Assembly (NCBI RefSeq): GCF_025526975.1
Contig: NW_026515671.1
Location: 1,178,001-1,242,000 of the forward strand
Source of the DNA: Fimicolochytrium jonesii
Lineage: Eukaryota
Length of the DNA: 64,000 nt
Direction of reading: 5' to 3'
Below are positions 49,731 through 63,284 of this stretch, piece after piece. A model generated the notes under the pieces. The model saw only the letters and a program-made list of their open reading frames with translations. It was not told the DNA's origin and ran no database searches. Both the position numbers and the translations under genes were made by a program. Position 1 is the stretch's first letter. Each line of letters begins with the position of its first letter.

Positions 49731-50142
49731 CCTGAGGGTAATGTTTTGCGAAAAAACGGGTCGGGAAAGGTGTTCTTTTGGTGAGCGGGTTTTCAAGTTC
49801 AGGGAAGAAGGGAAGAAGCCTGGGAAGAAGTGGGGAAGAAGCGGGGAAACAAGAGCAACGCGTCAGGGTCACCGCGTGTCACATCATACGTTTTTCTCAT
49901 TCAGCCCAATGCGACAGGGATATTCATACGTACGTACTCGGGTTATTCACATTAACAAATATTAACCTACTCCTGCGGGGGGTATAAAGCCATGCCGACA
50001 TGGTAGGGGGGAACAAAACTGAACAGCTAAAACTATATTGATGATTGAAAGGATGGGTTCTCCTTCCATCCAAACTTTACCTGAGAGGTATCTCGGTTAT
50101 CATCCGCCGCGCAGCCTACTCCTGATGAAGATCTGCATAGAC

Positions 50143-52427
50143 TCAGCTGGTGCTGTTTGATCGCAAAGCCTCCACCATGGTACCATGCATGAGCGAGTAC
50201 AACGTGTTGGCTTGCGGCCACGGCAACATTTTCTCCAAGAGCGTAAGTCCTTCCGCAGTTTCACAGTCATCGGAAGTCTGGTCAGCTTCCGCCGCACCAG
50301 CGCTCCCTCCGACGGCCTCGTCAGCGTGGGGAACCACCCACACATTCGTGTGCGTTTTGAAGTACCACAGCTTCGCCAAAGTCGTAGGCAGTTTATTGCA
50401 TTTCACTAGGTTGCAGGCCCTCAAATTCTTTGCGGATCGTGCCAGGATTGTCACATGGTTGATCATGAGCCAGTCGGCGCCTCGGAAATCGACACTGAGG
50501 AGATGAGGGCATTTCGTGGCGAGTGCATGCATGCAGTACGCGACATCGATCGTGCGGAGGGTAAGACTCGCGCTCGGACATGGGCGTCGGTAAGTTCCGC
50601 TGAATTTGCGTTCCAGTAAGTTTTGTGCATAGTGATCGTGTCCGTAGTCGTCTGGATCACCGTCATCACAATTCTCCGAAGGATGGTTCAGATCCCTGTT
50701 GAGTAGGTCTTGTGCTCGCTGCGCCATGCTCGAGATGTACTCCCCAGTCTCGACGACCAAAGTATCATCCGACATTGGTGAATTCGCGATGTTCAAGTAG
50801 AGAAGGTTTGGACATCGTTCGGCGAGAGAAGTGAGGGAGGATGTGAGGAGATGGAAGCGGATGGGTTCGGGGGTGCGTCTGTTGATGGTATCGTAGTCCA
50901 CGGGTATCTGAGTGGATGTGGCTGTCGAGTCCCGACGTGTTGAGTTCCCAATGCTCATTCCAGGAATGGCATCAGTGTGGTCGTCCGCAAATGCACCGCT
51001 GCTACTTTCGCCAGTGACATTGTGAGCCCTAGCCAGATCTAGAATGGCGCTTCCGCTGTTCAGTCCTGCATCACTGCTACCGCCGCATGCATTGATAAGG
51101 TCATCACTTATGTTCACAGTACTGTGCATCTGTTGAATGGCTCGGTCTAAACGGGATTGCCCATCTCCACTCGGACCCGCAGTCGACTGAGAGGCTGGGT
51201 ATACAGCAGAGGACAAAGGTTCAACTTCGTTCTCTGATTGATGTGGCAGGCCCGTTTGCTGAATCGGAGCTTGAGTTGCGTTCACGATACTCTGCGAAGA
51301 AGCCCCGGCTCCTCCCAATGCCGGTGCCACGTTCGTACGCCGGGAATTCGATCTGATGGTACCTTCGAGCGACGAGACGCTTCCCTGCCTCACAACTTGA
51401 TGGATGCCGGCAGGCATCAACGCAACGCCAGTACCGGGAACGAAGGCTACATATTCGGTTTCTTCATCGTTGTTCGTGCCGTCTCTATCCGAGGTGTTGT
51501 TGACATTGATGTGATGGGTCCACACTTGTTGAGCTAATCCGCCGTGGAGATGGCCGGGGTTAACTCTATTCCTTCGATTCCCCTCCTCAGCTTCAACGAC
51601 AGTCTTCTTCATGACGGTTGAAGAGAGATCGATCGCCTGTCGAGCGTGGAATTCGAAATGAGATTACGCCGACAAACATCGTGGTCCTCCTGTATTCCCC
51701 CAATGTGCAGGAAGTAGCCTACCTGTACGAAAGCGCCTAGGTCTCTTTTCCCGTTAGCGGACCCTCTTAATGTTTGTACAAACTGCGCCCATTGAAAAGT
51801 GGTCTGAAATTGAGGCGCACGATAAAGCAAAGGCGTTGCGCATATGTTGAACGCCTGGCAGACCAGCGCAAGGGCTGCGAATGTTGGCTGGTCGTGGATG
51901 TCTGGAAGCAGGACCAAGGGTAGCCATTAGGACGTCGTTCACACATCGTCGATTGGGACGAATTTCCACCAGACTTCCAGAAGCGGGGAGGCAGTATACG
52001 TACAAGCAAAGATCATTGCGATGATTTCATGTGGCAGGGCGGCCACTGGTGCCCTGCGCAACCACACGTTTCTCGCTTCCCTCACATTGCGTTCATTCTC
52101 CTGCAACAACTGCCACAGATCTTTCTCCTCCATTCTTTGTGCCGTTTCGTCCGCAACCTCATCCTGAGGCCTCCGGCCGTACGTATCGTCATAATGCTGG
52201 ATATCTTCCTCCGCTTCTTCAAGTGTCCTCTCCAGGGGTGCCAACCCGTTAGCCGACCGATCCCTCTCCTTCTCCTTGTCGCTACATCGTCGCTTAGACG
52301 GAGACTGGTGTCTCGCACGAGACTGTGTTTGGCGGTAGTGCGAGTCTGGGGACCGGGCCCGCTGGCGTTCCTCCACCAAAGCGGTCGTTACCTCTTCTGG
52401 TTCCTGAAGAATAACGGAGCGTTCCAT
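50143..52427 (-). CDS. F-box protein with LRR-like C-terminus, multi-exon
   Basis: LPHEIIAMIFA|YI..QPTFAALALVCQAFN..ATPLLY (spliced F-box); LAERCPNLLYLNI, LATKCPHLLSVDFRG, NLRACNLVKC. Confidence 0.75.
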
Positions 52428-52817
52428 GCTTTACAACTGCGCACTACTTTCATAGGACGACGAAAGGTTGCAGCTGCAAATCTGGTGAGTGCGGACGAGT
52501 AGGAATGGTTCCCAAGAGTGTTCTGATATCTCAGTCCAGGAAGTGCTTCTCAAGTCTGATCCTGGGGAAGGGGGGTCACACTTGGGGGACAGCAAGCGAG
52601 CAAGCGTGTCATCCAGCGTGTCATCGAACTCGTAAATACTGTATGTATCGGACTTCGCATATTCAACAGTCGACCAGCGAGATCACTCCCAACAACCTGC
52701 CCAACAACCTTGCCCACAAAGTCATCTCTCTAAAGAGTGGCCACCACCCTACCAACGCCTCACCACAGCCTCCGCTTTCGCTCCAGGGCTAGCCTTACCG
52801 ACGCGCAATAACACTCA

Positions 52818-53150
52818 ATGTCAATGTCAAGTCCAACCGCCCACCACCACCCGGCATCCGTTTCCTCATCCTCCCCTCACCGCCCCTCAACCTCCTCCAC
52901 CTCCGAACGAACAACACGACCACCCCCATCATCAACAACAGCCCGCACACAAACAGCAGCCCACGAAACTCTTGACATCCTCCACGCCATCTCGCAGATC
53001 CTCCACACCGGACTCGACAGGGAAACCCTCGCGCTGTGCGTGTCACTGTGTGAGAGCGGCGTTAACCCGGAGGCGCTTGCGGCGGTGGTCAGGGAGCTGA
53101 GGGCCGAGGCGGGGAGTGGCGGGGGTGGGGAGGGGTTGGCGGGAAGGTAG
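52818..53150 (+). CDS. MZT1: Mitotic-spindle organizing protein 1 (MOZART1)
   Basis: [46 protein letters not shown]. Confidence 0.93.
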   Translation: MSMSSPTAHHHPASVSSSSPHRPSTSSTSERTTRPPPSSTTARTQTAAHETLDILHAISQILHTGLDRETLALCVSLCESGVNPEALAAVVRELRAEAGSGGGGEGLAGR

Positions 53151-54017
53151 ATGGATTTGGGGCCCGCGTTGGATGGGAGGGGATTTGGAGGTTTGGGGAG
53201 GGACCGTGCTTGCGCTTCACTGGTATACGGAGAGCGAGTTGGGAGTGGGCTTGATGCGATTGCTACGTATGAGAGCGGGTGCGGTGACCTCTGTCGGGAA
53301 TTCTGGGGTACCCAGCGAAGGAAGGCGTTGATGCATCCTTCACCCCAACCTCGGACGACGACGCGACCGATTTTGACGGTGGCGACGTGGATTGAGGGGA
53401 GCAAATCTCTCGAAACGAAGTGTAGGAATTCCTTCCCAGCCTGCGGAATCGATCTCTGCACAGCAATGATCTCTTAGAGGCGTAACGAGACGCGAATGAC
53501 CCTCTTGTACATATATGTGAAACTCTATTCATGTCAATACATACCGACAGGAGGAGAGATCCCAGCGCGGGTGACTGCTACTTGCTGGGCTCCTTGATCT
53601 TTTCCGCTGCCGCTTGCGTCTCACCCGCTATCGCTAAAGCTCCGGGCGGCTTGCCCATATCCCGCCCGCATCTCGTACCCTGGTTTATTAAAGCGATGTC
53701 CTGTGCTGAGTCCGACGACTTCCACGACCATATACTCGCTCGCTTCATCCAAACCTTATTAACGCTTTATAGGCAACAAAATTACTTTACAAAATACCTG
53801 ATGAGGCAAAGGGAGCATCCCAGACCTACAACGGAAAGCAGAAAAATCTCCCGATCCAGTCAAAATAACAAACCCCTTAAACAGCTGTACAACGTCCCAT
53901 CCCCAGTTTCAACGTCCAGATCCATTTCGGAACACATGGCAAACAAAAATCCGTCGTGCTCATACAAGCACCATCACAGCGACCGGTCCCACCGCCTAGG
54001 ATGTCTCGCCCTCCCGT

Positions 54018-57000
54018 TTACATAAAGTACATAACCCGACTCAACTCCTCCTTCACGGTCCCGTAGTTCATCACGCGCACCGGTCCATCCTTCGCCTTTC
54101 GTCCGTTCCACGGGGTCGGCGGTACATTTGCGCTGGCGCCGGGCTTCCCACCGGCCGCAGCAGCGACGGAGGGGATCTGAGCTGATTGTATGGATGACAG
54201 GGATAAAGAGGACAATGAAGTGTGCAGGTTGTCGCCGAACTCCGCTCCGGTGGCCATCCCGCCGACCGGGGTCAGCGGGGAAGCGACGTACGGTTCCGCC
54301 GCCGCGGCCGCCGAGGCGCTCTTCTTGGTGAAGATGAGGTGGTCTTTGGTTGCAGGCAACTCCCACGTCCCTTCGCCAAACGCGTGGAACCGCGCACGGG
54401 CGGCGACCAGGTGAGCGTAGTACGCCGGGGGTACGACCGACACACTGCGCGTGGCGCGGCAGTAGAGGTAGCACAGCCTGTACGTGAGCTCGAGCATGCC
54501 GTCGGACGTGAACTTGTTTTCGTCCAGCAAGACGTGGTAGTGCGTCGGTTTAGACGTGCCTTGCAGACCGGGGTGCGAGCAGAGGTAAAAGTCGAATTCG
54601 GAGGGGTGCGTCACGCCGTGGGCTATAGCTGTGCCGGGGAGGATGTTGCCCGAACGGTCAGAGTCTTCCTTGCGGATAGGGAAGAACCGAGCGTGATGGC
54701 GTTTCTGGACGACCACAAAGGTGATGGTTGGGCAGTAGCCCGGCTCGAGGGTATCGCAGGCTTGCCGGATGGCGGCCGTCTCGTACGCGAGCACTTCGGC
54801 GACGTGGGGGTCTGCTATGCCGTCGCGGTAGTATACCATGCGTTCGGGTTTAGCGCCGCAAGTTTGGTAGAAAGTCTTTAACAGCTCGATGATCATTCCC
54901 GACAGGTCGCGGATCGAGTCTGATTTTCCTTTCTGCACGCGGATGGATGCCGCGAACCGAGAGCACTGTGCATCCATCGAGCCTACCACTGCCGCGATGG
55001 ATTGATTGGAGGCAGAGCCGGGGGTTGGATGGGTCATATCCGCGCCGATAATGATCGTCGGTCGTTCAGCGATGAAAGGCAACTGGGTATTAGAGAGGTA
55101 TGAGTTCATTCCTCCGAGCTTGACGTTGAGTTTCAAGCAAACGTTTGCACAGTATTGGCGTTTTGCGGCAAACATGTGCTTCGCTTGGACACATTGGGTG
55201 GCGACGCCGATGACCGTGTCGGAGACGCGCTTGATCTCTGCGTAGAGAGGCACGCCAGTGTTGGGTAGGATGCAGACAACGAGCTGTGGCCGCTCGCTAA
55301 ACGATTGTCCGCCAAGCATGTACGCATCAATCAATGCCTTCTCGATGTTGCCATGAGGGTTGGCGTACGAGATGGGTGGCTGTCGGTTTGCGATGAACAC
55401 CCCACACTCTTCACAGGTCTGCACCAAGAGGGTGACAAACTTCTGAATGGCCCCAATCGGGTAATCATGCTCTTGTCCGAAAGCGATCACGCTCCACGAA
55501 CGAATGGTCACTCCCTGCGCGACCATTTTATCGCGTAGATTCCATGCACCCTCTCGCGGTGTGATGATGGGCTCCTTCGACGCCGGGTGGTAAGAGATCG
55601 ATGGGGCTGGCAGAACCCGGGCATTGACAATGGCCATCTCGTGCCCGATTTGTACACCAAAGTCACGCAAGTATTCGTTGTCTCTTTGCTGGAGAAGGGT
55701 GATTCCGGCAGAGATTTTGTTGGAGCGCACATGGGGTGGTTGACAAGTGAACTTGATCATCTCAGCCGTCTGTGATCACGCCAGAAACGTCAGATAAGTG
55801 CTTCAAGAATCTAAACTCTGAGTGCACGGCAAACATACCTGCTTCTCATTGAGCTTTCTGAGATGCCTCTGTCCAGCCATAATATCGCAAACTTCCAATG
55901 GCAAGAACACCTGCCGCGCAGGATCTCCAACCACCAGACAAGGCAAATGCGGGAAGTACAGGGTGTGGTTGTACTTGGACTGGAAAAAGCCCGCGACGGA
56001 TGTCTCGGCACCACTCTCCTCAAGCGCAAACATGGTGCGATTGGCGGGTGTGCTGGTAATTTTTGAGATGCGGAACTTCCGGCGGATCTGGCCTCGGTGG
56101 GTGACGACAATCTTCAGGCCTTTGAGCGCTTTCTCGACCTTCTGCCGGTCGCGTTCGTTCAGAGGTGTTCGCAGCTCAGAGGCATCATGTCGTCCCAAAA
56201 TCCTTGCGACGATTTCCACAACAGGGCCTGGTTGGTAGAAGGCCGTTGCTGAGACATCCAGGTTGATGAGCATCTGCCCTTGTGCCGGGCGCACGCTTTG
56301 ATGGAAACCCTGCCACAGCTGGGCTCCGTTGGCAATCGTGGTGGCGGAATCCGCCGTGTAGAAACACCGACCGATGGTTGTGTACGTCAAGGACGGACGG
56401 TGGCGGAGAAGGATATCCATTGCAGCCATGCAATCATAGGGTGTTTCCCCAGTGCGGCCTTCCAAGAAGGCAGCCAAACGCTGCATGTCAATCTCTCCAA
56501 CCTTTCGAATGGCCATGGTGAACTTTCTACCGCCCCGCCTATATGAAATATTCAAGGTTGATCAGTATGTCAATGCGTAGGCCTGATCCTTATGAGAGCG
56601 TCACATACACTTTGGCCTCCTCGTCCTCAAAGTAGTCCAGCTCATAGACCGAATCGATGCCCTCAGGAAGTCCAAGATCCTGAATGCTATATACGTTCTT
56701 CCTTCCGTCGAATACGGGCGGGATGAATGGCCTGTCCCCCAGGTCAGCCGGTTGTGGGACGCTTGAGGGCCCCAATCCTAGGTTAGGTCCCTTCCATTTG
56801 CCCGACTTCAATGCCTGTTCCCAGATCTGATAAATTCTTCGGTTCTTGGCAGGTGGAACGTCAGGCAAAATCGCCACGTCGTAGTGATGGATCATTGTTT
56901 TCGGGAAGTTGAGGATCGGGAAGAAGTTCGCGCGAACCTGGATCTGACGACCCGCCGTGCCTACATCCGGACGTCTCGGGTACTTCCAAGTCGACGCCGG

Positions 57001-57315
57001 TGCTATAGCCCCTGAGACTGGTGTGAGCGACGGTCCAGCGTTCGTGGGAAAAGCCGCGGGTAGCCGTGACTGCTGTAAAGGAGCTTGCTGCTGCTGACGG
57101 AAGGCCAGCGGTGGTCCCGGCGGGGCGGGAGTGTGTGAAAGAAGGGACGGCTGCTGGAAGTCCGCATACTGTGAATGCTGGGGTTGCTGAGAGTATGGGT
57201 GCACAGCTCCACCGAACGCAGAGTTACTCGATGTCGAAGCGAAACTGTCTCCGTATACTTGTCCAATTGGTGGCGCGCCCGCCATTCCTCCTCCAAACGG
57301 CGGTCCGGACGACAT
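54018..57315 (-). CDS. AGO: Argonaute (AGO clade), 3 exons
   Basis: RRPDVGTAGRQIQVRANFF, VFDGRKNVY, GFHQSVRP...LINLDVSATAF, PAZ (FLPLEVC), MID (YAEIKR...TQC...NVCLKLNVKLGGMN), PIWI (IGADMTHP, YRDG, VQKRHHARFF, GTSKPTHY, PPAYYAHL), C-terminal MYFM. Confidence 0.98.
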
Positions 57316-58235
57316 TATCGGCGGCGCGGTGGAAAGGTTTGAGGGAACTAGACAGACCTTCCCCTGATCGCCTATTCGTTTATCCTGACAGGCGGGCGAC
57401 ACGAGAATTGGTTCGACGAAAACGACTTCGAGTTCAAACAAGAGTTTCCTGAAATACTATTGACGTGACGTGAACGCAGCGCAGGTGAAGACGGAACCGG
57501 TTCGTCGTCCAGTGCTAGCGCTCGTGGGTGATAGAGCGGTGAGAATAAATGGATATTGGCAGCCTGCCTGCAGGAGGTCAGCCGTGAGAGAAGCCGTGAG
57601 CGAGGGGTGGAAAGGAGAGAACACAACGAGCGCAAAGTGACATGTCGCGCGCAGAGGGGGCGCGGGTGCGCGTTCATAGGAGGCCGCTTAGCCGCTTATT
57701 GGTGGCTCTCACTCGGTGCGACCGGCGCGAAGCAGCAACTTTCTCGCGCACCAGCAGAAAGGGAAGACGCTCAAATAAACTTGCACCCGCCGGTCACATG
57801 ACCAGCGTCCCGAGCGCGTGAAGTTTGAATTGCAAAGGACGTCTTGAGGACGTACAGTACAGTATTTCATGCAGTTGACATGGACTATCGACGTATTACC
57901 AACAGCTTTATGATGCCGGGGTGTATTATGTAGTGCCTCTCGATAAGCAAGATAGGCAGCATCGGCGTGAAGCTGGTCAATATCTTTGTGCACGGGTGAT
58001 GGGTGAGATGAAGTTGGGTGGGATGAGCGAGACTGGCCATGGATCAGAGTCTCGACGCGTCGCTCCTTGGATGATGATGATGAGGTTGTCCCCTTCCACA
58101 CGTAGAATATCAGAAGCCTGACAAGTCGATTACCGCCAGTGATTTCTAGCGTTACCGTGCTGCGAACAGCCCTTCCAGTCTCAGAGGACAGACTCCCTTG
58201 CAGCCGGAACACTTGCTACAACTCATATACCAGCC

Positions 58236-59620
58236 ATGACTTTAGAAAAAAGCCAGATCATCACTCATATCCAGAAGTCACTACCTTTCACGGCCTACGA
58301 TGTCCGGTGGGTTCCCAGCTCGGCGCGCTTCGTAGTCCTGGGACAGCACCCACGAGGCACAGGAGCTTTGCAGGTGTATGAGCTGAGTGGAGCTGATATC
58401 AAGCTCATCAAAGAGGTGGGTGAGCTGCGTGGACGTTGTGGAACCCCGCACGAAGGGCTTGCAGAGGGCTGGGAGCTCACTGGAGAACTTTCGCGTCACA
58501 ATAGACGGAGAAGCAAGACGCTTTTAAGTGCGGGACGTTCGGTGCATCATCTTTACAGTCCCGGCATCTGGCGACGGGTGATTTCGGTGGGCGACTGTCA
58601 CTTTGGGACCTTGAAAAGACAGATACGCCGTTATACTCCGTCAAAGCCCATGAGCAGATCATCAACTGTATCGATGGGGCTGGAGGCGTCGGCTCTCCAC
58701 AAGGACCACCAGAGATCGCTACTGGGAGCCGAGATGGTGTGTAGCGGTCTTGGATCTCGTTGCACTGCAAGATGGTGCGGATGGGACGTGAGATCTCACA
58801 AATGTTTGTCGGATGCAGGCTCGGTCAAGATATGGGACACGAGGCAAAAAGACAAGCCTGTCGCAAAGATTGCTCCCGCAGAAGGCGAAGTCGTTCATGA
58901 TACATGGGCAGTAGCGTTCGGTGAGCAGAGACGTTTTTGCCACTGTTCTATTTTTCGGCACCAGCGACAGGACCGCTCATCCCGCATCCTTCAAAGGAAA
59001 CTCGTACAACGATCAAGAACGCGTCGTATGCGCCGGCTACGAAAACGGCGACGTGAAAATGTTTGACCTCCGACAAATGTCCCTCCTCTGGGAAACCAAC
59101 GTTAAAAACGGGGTCTGTTCAGTCGAGTTCGACCGCAAAGACATCCAGATGAACAAACTCGTTGTCACCACCCTTGAATCCAATTTCCGCGTGTACGATG
59201 TACGCACGCAACATCCTAAGAATGGGTTTGCGCATGTGAATCAGAAGGCGCATGATGCGACTACCGTGTGGACTGCGCGGCATCTGCCTCAGAACCGGGA
59301 TATATTTATGACTTCCGGCGGAAATGGATCGCTCGAGCTCTTCAAATAGTAAGATTTACCCGTAGTTCACTTCTCTCTCCGCATGTCTAACCCTCCGGCA
59401 TCCTTTCCTCAGCAACTACCCAGATCAGCGAACCAAAAAAGACTCCAAAAACGTGCTTGAAGGTGTCGCAGGGACACTCGAGCTCATCAACTCGGCTCAC
59501 GCCGCCGAGCAGCCTATCGCAGCGTTTGACTGGAGTCCGGATAAGAAGGGGTTGTGTGTTTATGCTGCGTTTGACCAAGCTGTGAGGGTGGGGATTGTCA
59601 CGAAGCTGGATCAGTATTGA
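58236..59620 (+). CDS. WDR92: WDR92/Monad (DNAAF10), axonemal dynein assembly factor, multi-exon
   Basis: [110 protein letters not shown]. Confidence 0.95.
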
Positions 59621-59925
59621 TGAACTCCTGTTCACTTTGGGGAGGTCGAGAAAAGATGCTTTGGAGAGACAGAGATGGGGCTTTTTGATTGGCCGCCGGA
59701 AGATGTGCGGCCCTGGAAATGTATGTATCTTGCGGCAAACAGAAACAGCCTACCGCCTATTTTGGACGGAACTATATCTATTTGTGCGGCTGCGGGAACC
59801 GGCCTCTATAGAATCGGTCATAATGATAATCGGGGTGTCGTAGCAGAGATGGATATGTACAGAGTAAAGACCAAGAAGAAAATTTCGTGATGTGACGAGC
59901 GAGAACGCCCGGGCATCGGCATCAT

Positions 59926-61608
59926 TTAGGGATCGGCTGCGAGAAGCGATTCCACGTCCGGCGTGCAGACAAATCTTTTGGCGACCTTGCCCAGGATGTA
60001 GCAGGCTGGCTGCGACGTGTCGACCGCCACGATCTGTTGCAGGAAGCCAGGTTGCGAGCCGGGTGTCACCTATTGATGATGGGAAGATCCGTGAGCAAAA
60101 AAACGCAATGGCTCGAAAACACATGCAGTTTCTCGAAGGTGGGGTACTTACATCGAACAAGATATCGCCCATTCTGATCTTCATCTTCCCCGACTTGTAA
60201 ATAACCAATCTCCCCGCCCGGCCGTCAGGGCCCTGATGCGGTTTAACATTCCCCGACGCCCCGTCTTCCATTTTCACGGCCCCGTCATCTTTACTGGGCC
60301 GTCGTTTGGCGCTCTTCGCTGGTGCCACCGGTGCGCTGTCGCCGCCTATGACCATGGCGGACGTGTCTTGGAATTTCGGTAGGATGGATGGGAATTGGAA
60401 GAAGAGGACTTTGGTCTGACGCGAGAACGATGTTAGCATACTGTGAGAGGGAGAGGGGCCGGTAAAGATTCGAACCCAGTGACTCACGGTATCAGGCTCT
60501 TCCTCCTCCATCTGCTGCTCATGCGGATAAGGCTTGAACCCCAAATCCGCCAATTCATCCAACACATCTTCCGCCGTGCTCGGGATATCCATTGGGACGA
60601 CATCCGCTCCCGCCCCGTCCTGAGCCTCCACCCCAGCTTCCGTCTTCACCTTCACACGGTCTGTAGCCCGGAGCTTCTTTTCCCGCTTCGGGCGCGTCAC
60701 ATTGCCCACCACCACGGGAGACCACTGATCGGTGGGGTCAAAGGAGTTGTCGTCTTCCTCGGCCGCTTTGGCGTCCTTTTGATCGACGACCTCGTGCTTA
60801 GCTGATGGACCGGATGCTCGGCCGGGTGTTGCGATGATGCCTGGCATATAATTGATTTGTTTATCGCCAGCGGGGAGCGGTACATTAAAGGAAAGAGCAT
60901 ACCTCGTTGCGCCGGTCCGAAAGCAAACGGGCCGGATGCGGTCATCTTTACTTCCTGTCTGCCGCCGGGGCCCGCTGGTTCATGGAAAGGCTTGATCAGC
61001 GAGAGGCTCAACCCCAAGAGATCGGCTCTAACCCATCACCGCACCTGCACCTCCCCTTCCTCTACCGCGTCCTCGTCCCCGACCTCTTCCACCCCGGGCG
61101 CCGTCGCCGAATTGTGATCTCTCGCTTGGCGCTGGTGCTGCAACTCTAAAGAGTGGCAGAATGGGTTGCAGTGTTAATATGATGAGATAGCTGCCATTCT
61201 TCTCCCTCCAAGTACAGCACAACATACTCTTCCACTTTCCGCCTCGTTGTTGGGATTTTCGGAGCAAACTTGGGCTATCCGTCGAAGGATTATGCTTCCT
61301 TGAACGCGAGCTCGTCGAAGAACAATCCCCAAAGCACAATTTCACAATACCTTAGCTCCTCCTCCCGTCGCCACCCCAGTCCTAATATCCGGTGGTGCCC
61401 TCAACGAGCCCAACCGCCCCGGCGCAGCGCTGGAGCCTGCTGCAGGGTCGATGGTCCCAAACTGTCGCTGAGTGTCCGCCGCGGCGGGCGTTGTGGAGGC
61501 ATTTTCGGCGGTGCTGCTGCTTTCGCCGGGCGCTTGCGCTCCAGCTTCTCCCTGAGGTGCTGCTGCTGCACGTTGACCCCGTGGAGGGGCTTTTCGTCGT
61601 CCGGTCAT
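59926..61608 (-). CDS. RPC53: RNA polymerase III subunit RPC4/Rpc53, multi-exon
   Basis: KFAPKIPTTRRK, MTASGPFAFGP, LFFQFPSILP, GRAGRLVIYKSGKMKIRMGDILFDV|..G...FLQQIVAV...LGKVAKRFVCTPD. Confidence 0.92.
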
Positions 61609-61784
61609 GTCGTTGGGATTCTGCGGGAGTTCTTCAATGTCAAAAAGTTGAAGTTCGAAAAAGACGCGGTGGGAAGAAGCTGTTGAAATTGACAGCAGCA
61701 GAGCAGCTCTGATCTCTCCCTCTCGGGAGTCTGAAGCTCTGCTGTTATCGACTTTCGGGAAATTGCTCTCTCAAACCTACCAAT

Positions 61785-63284
61785 ATGATGCTATCAAACC
61801 CAAGTCTACCGGATACCGCAGACCTTGAGATGCTGCCTACGGGCCCGATGTTGCGTATCAAACGCAAGCGGAACGAAGATCCCATTGACGCCTTCAGTAA
61901 GCCCGCTCCTCCTTCGCCGCCGTAGCCTGCTTTTCGCGTGTATTGACGTATTGACAATATGACTTGCCCTTCCATCAGTCGTGGCTACGGAGGAAATAGC
62001 TCGGAAGGAGAAGCGAACGAAAACAGGGGAAGGTAAAGTCATGATGGTGGAGGTGTTCCGGGCCCGACGTGCGCCGGCTCTGGTGAAGCCGAGGCCTCCT
62101 ATACCTCGCCGGAGTGAGACCTCATCTCTCATTCTCCCGGTATTCATCATATCAGAACCACCAGCGGAGATTGCTCGCTTCTTTCAAAGAGTCGAAACCG
62201 TCGAGACGCGGGATTTCGATGATACGACGAGGCTAAAGGTAGACGGCGACCGGAGTGGTCTCTCGCTTCAGCCCGGCGGTCCCATAACGCATCCCTTGTA
62301 TGCTCTAGGCTACGAGCGAGCGCCTGAAATACCTGCGGGCCAACAAACAATCCATCAAGTCCCCGCCACCATCTCCATCGGATGAGCGGCGAGCGGAGGC
62401 GATCAACGGGAGGAATGTGAGGGGCACAAAATCCTGTTTCAACGGATCCGTTCAGATGTGCGGAAGCTGACAGAGCATATCAATCTCTAGGCGGAACGAA
62501 AAGCAGCCCGGTATCGTGTGGTGAAAGATCGGCGGCAGATTCTTGATGATGTCGAGGTATGTCTTCGTTCACACCTTGCCGTGATGGTAGAACTGACACG
62601 TACCCGATTCCAGCTGCTAGACGTCGAAGAAACGTCTGATGAACCAAAGAAGGGGCCACACACTACATCGTATGAGAGTGGGCCAATACCAGAAAGCGAT
62701 CTAATGGAAAGCTTGATGCCCATGATGCGTGAATACCTGCATGGTGAGCGCCCGGATGCTTCATCGAGGGCATGAGGAGCATGGAACTCACAAAGGGGCA
62801 TTCCCAAAAGTCTCACAGGAGAAAGACGGGCCAATACCCAGCGAGTACGTCTACGACATCTACTACGCGCAACCCGAAATGGATCCGGAAGCACATAGCC
62901 GCGTCGCGGAGCTGTAGGTGTCCATCTCTCTGTCCCTCTCTCTACTCCATCGAGCTGATCATGCACGTCACGCAGAACATTCGAAGACCTTTCCGCAACC
63001 CTCCTCGCCGACGCCGGCGACTCCTCCGATAACAATGACGATGATGACGAAGATTCGAATGCGGAAGACTACTATGCAAATGAGTATCCTGACGCGTCGG
63101 ATAGCGAGAAATCAGATGATAGTGATGTGGATGAGGGGTATAGGAGAGGAAGAGGCTACAAAAACTACTTTGATGATGATGAGGACGACGATGGAGATTA
63201 TGGTAAGATCCGTTTGGCTAAATCGTTCAACCGAAGGCAGTGCTCATCTGAACCAATTCGTTCACAGATCCGTATGATTCTTGA
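61785..63284 (+). CDS. IWR1: RNA polymerase nuclear import factor Iwr1, multi-exon
   Basis: LRIKRKRNEDPIDAF, EYVYDIYY, DDEDSNAEDYYANEYPD; acidic tail. Confidence 0.9.
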
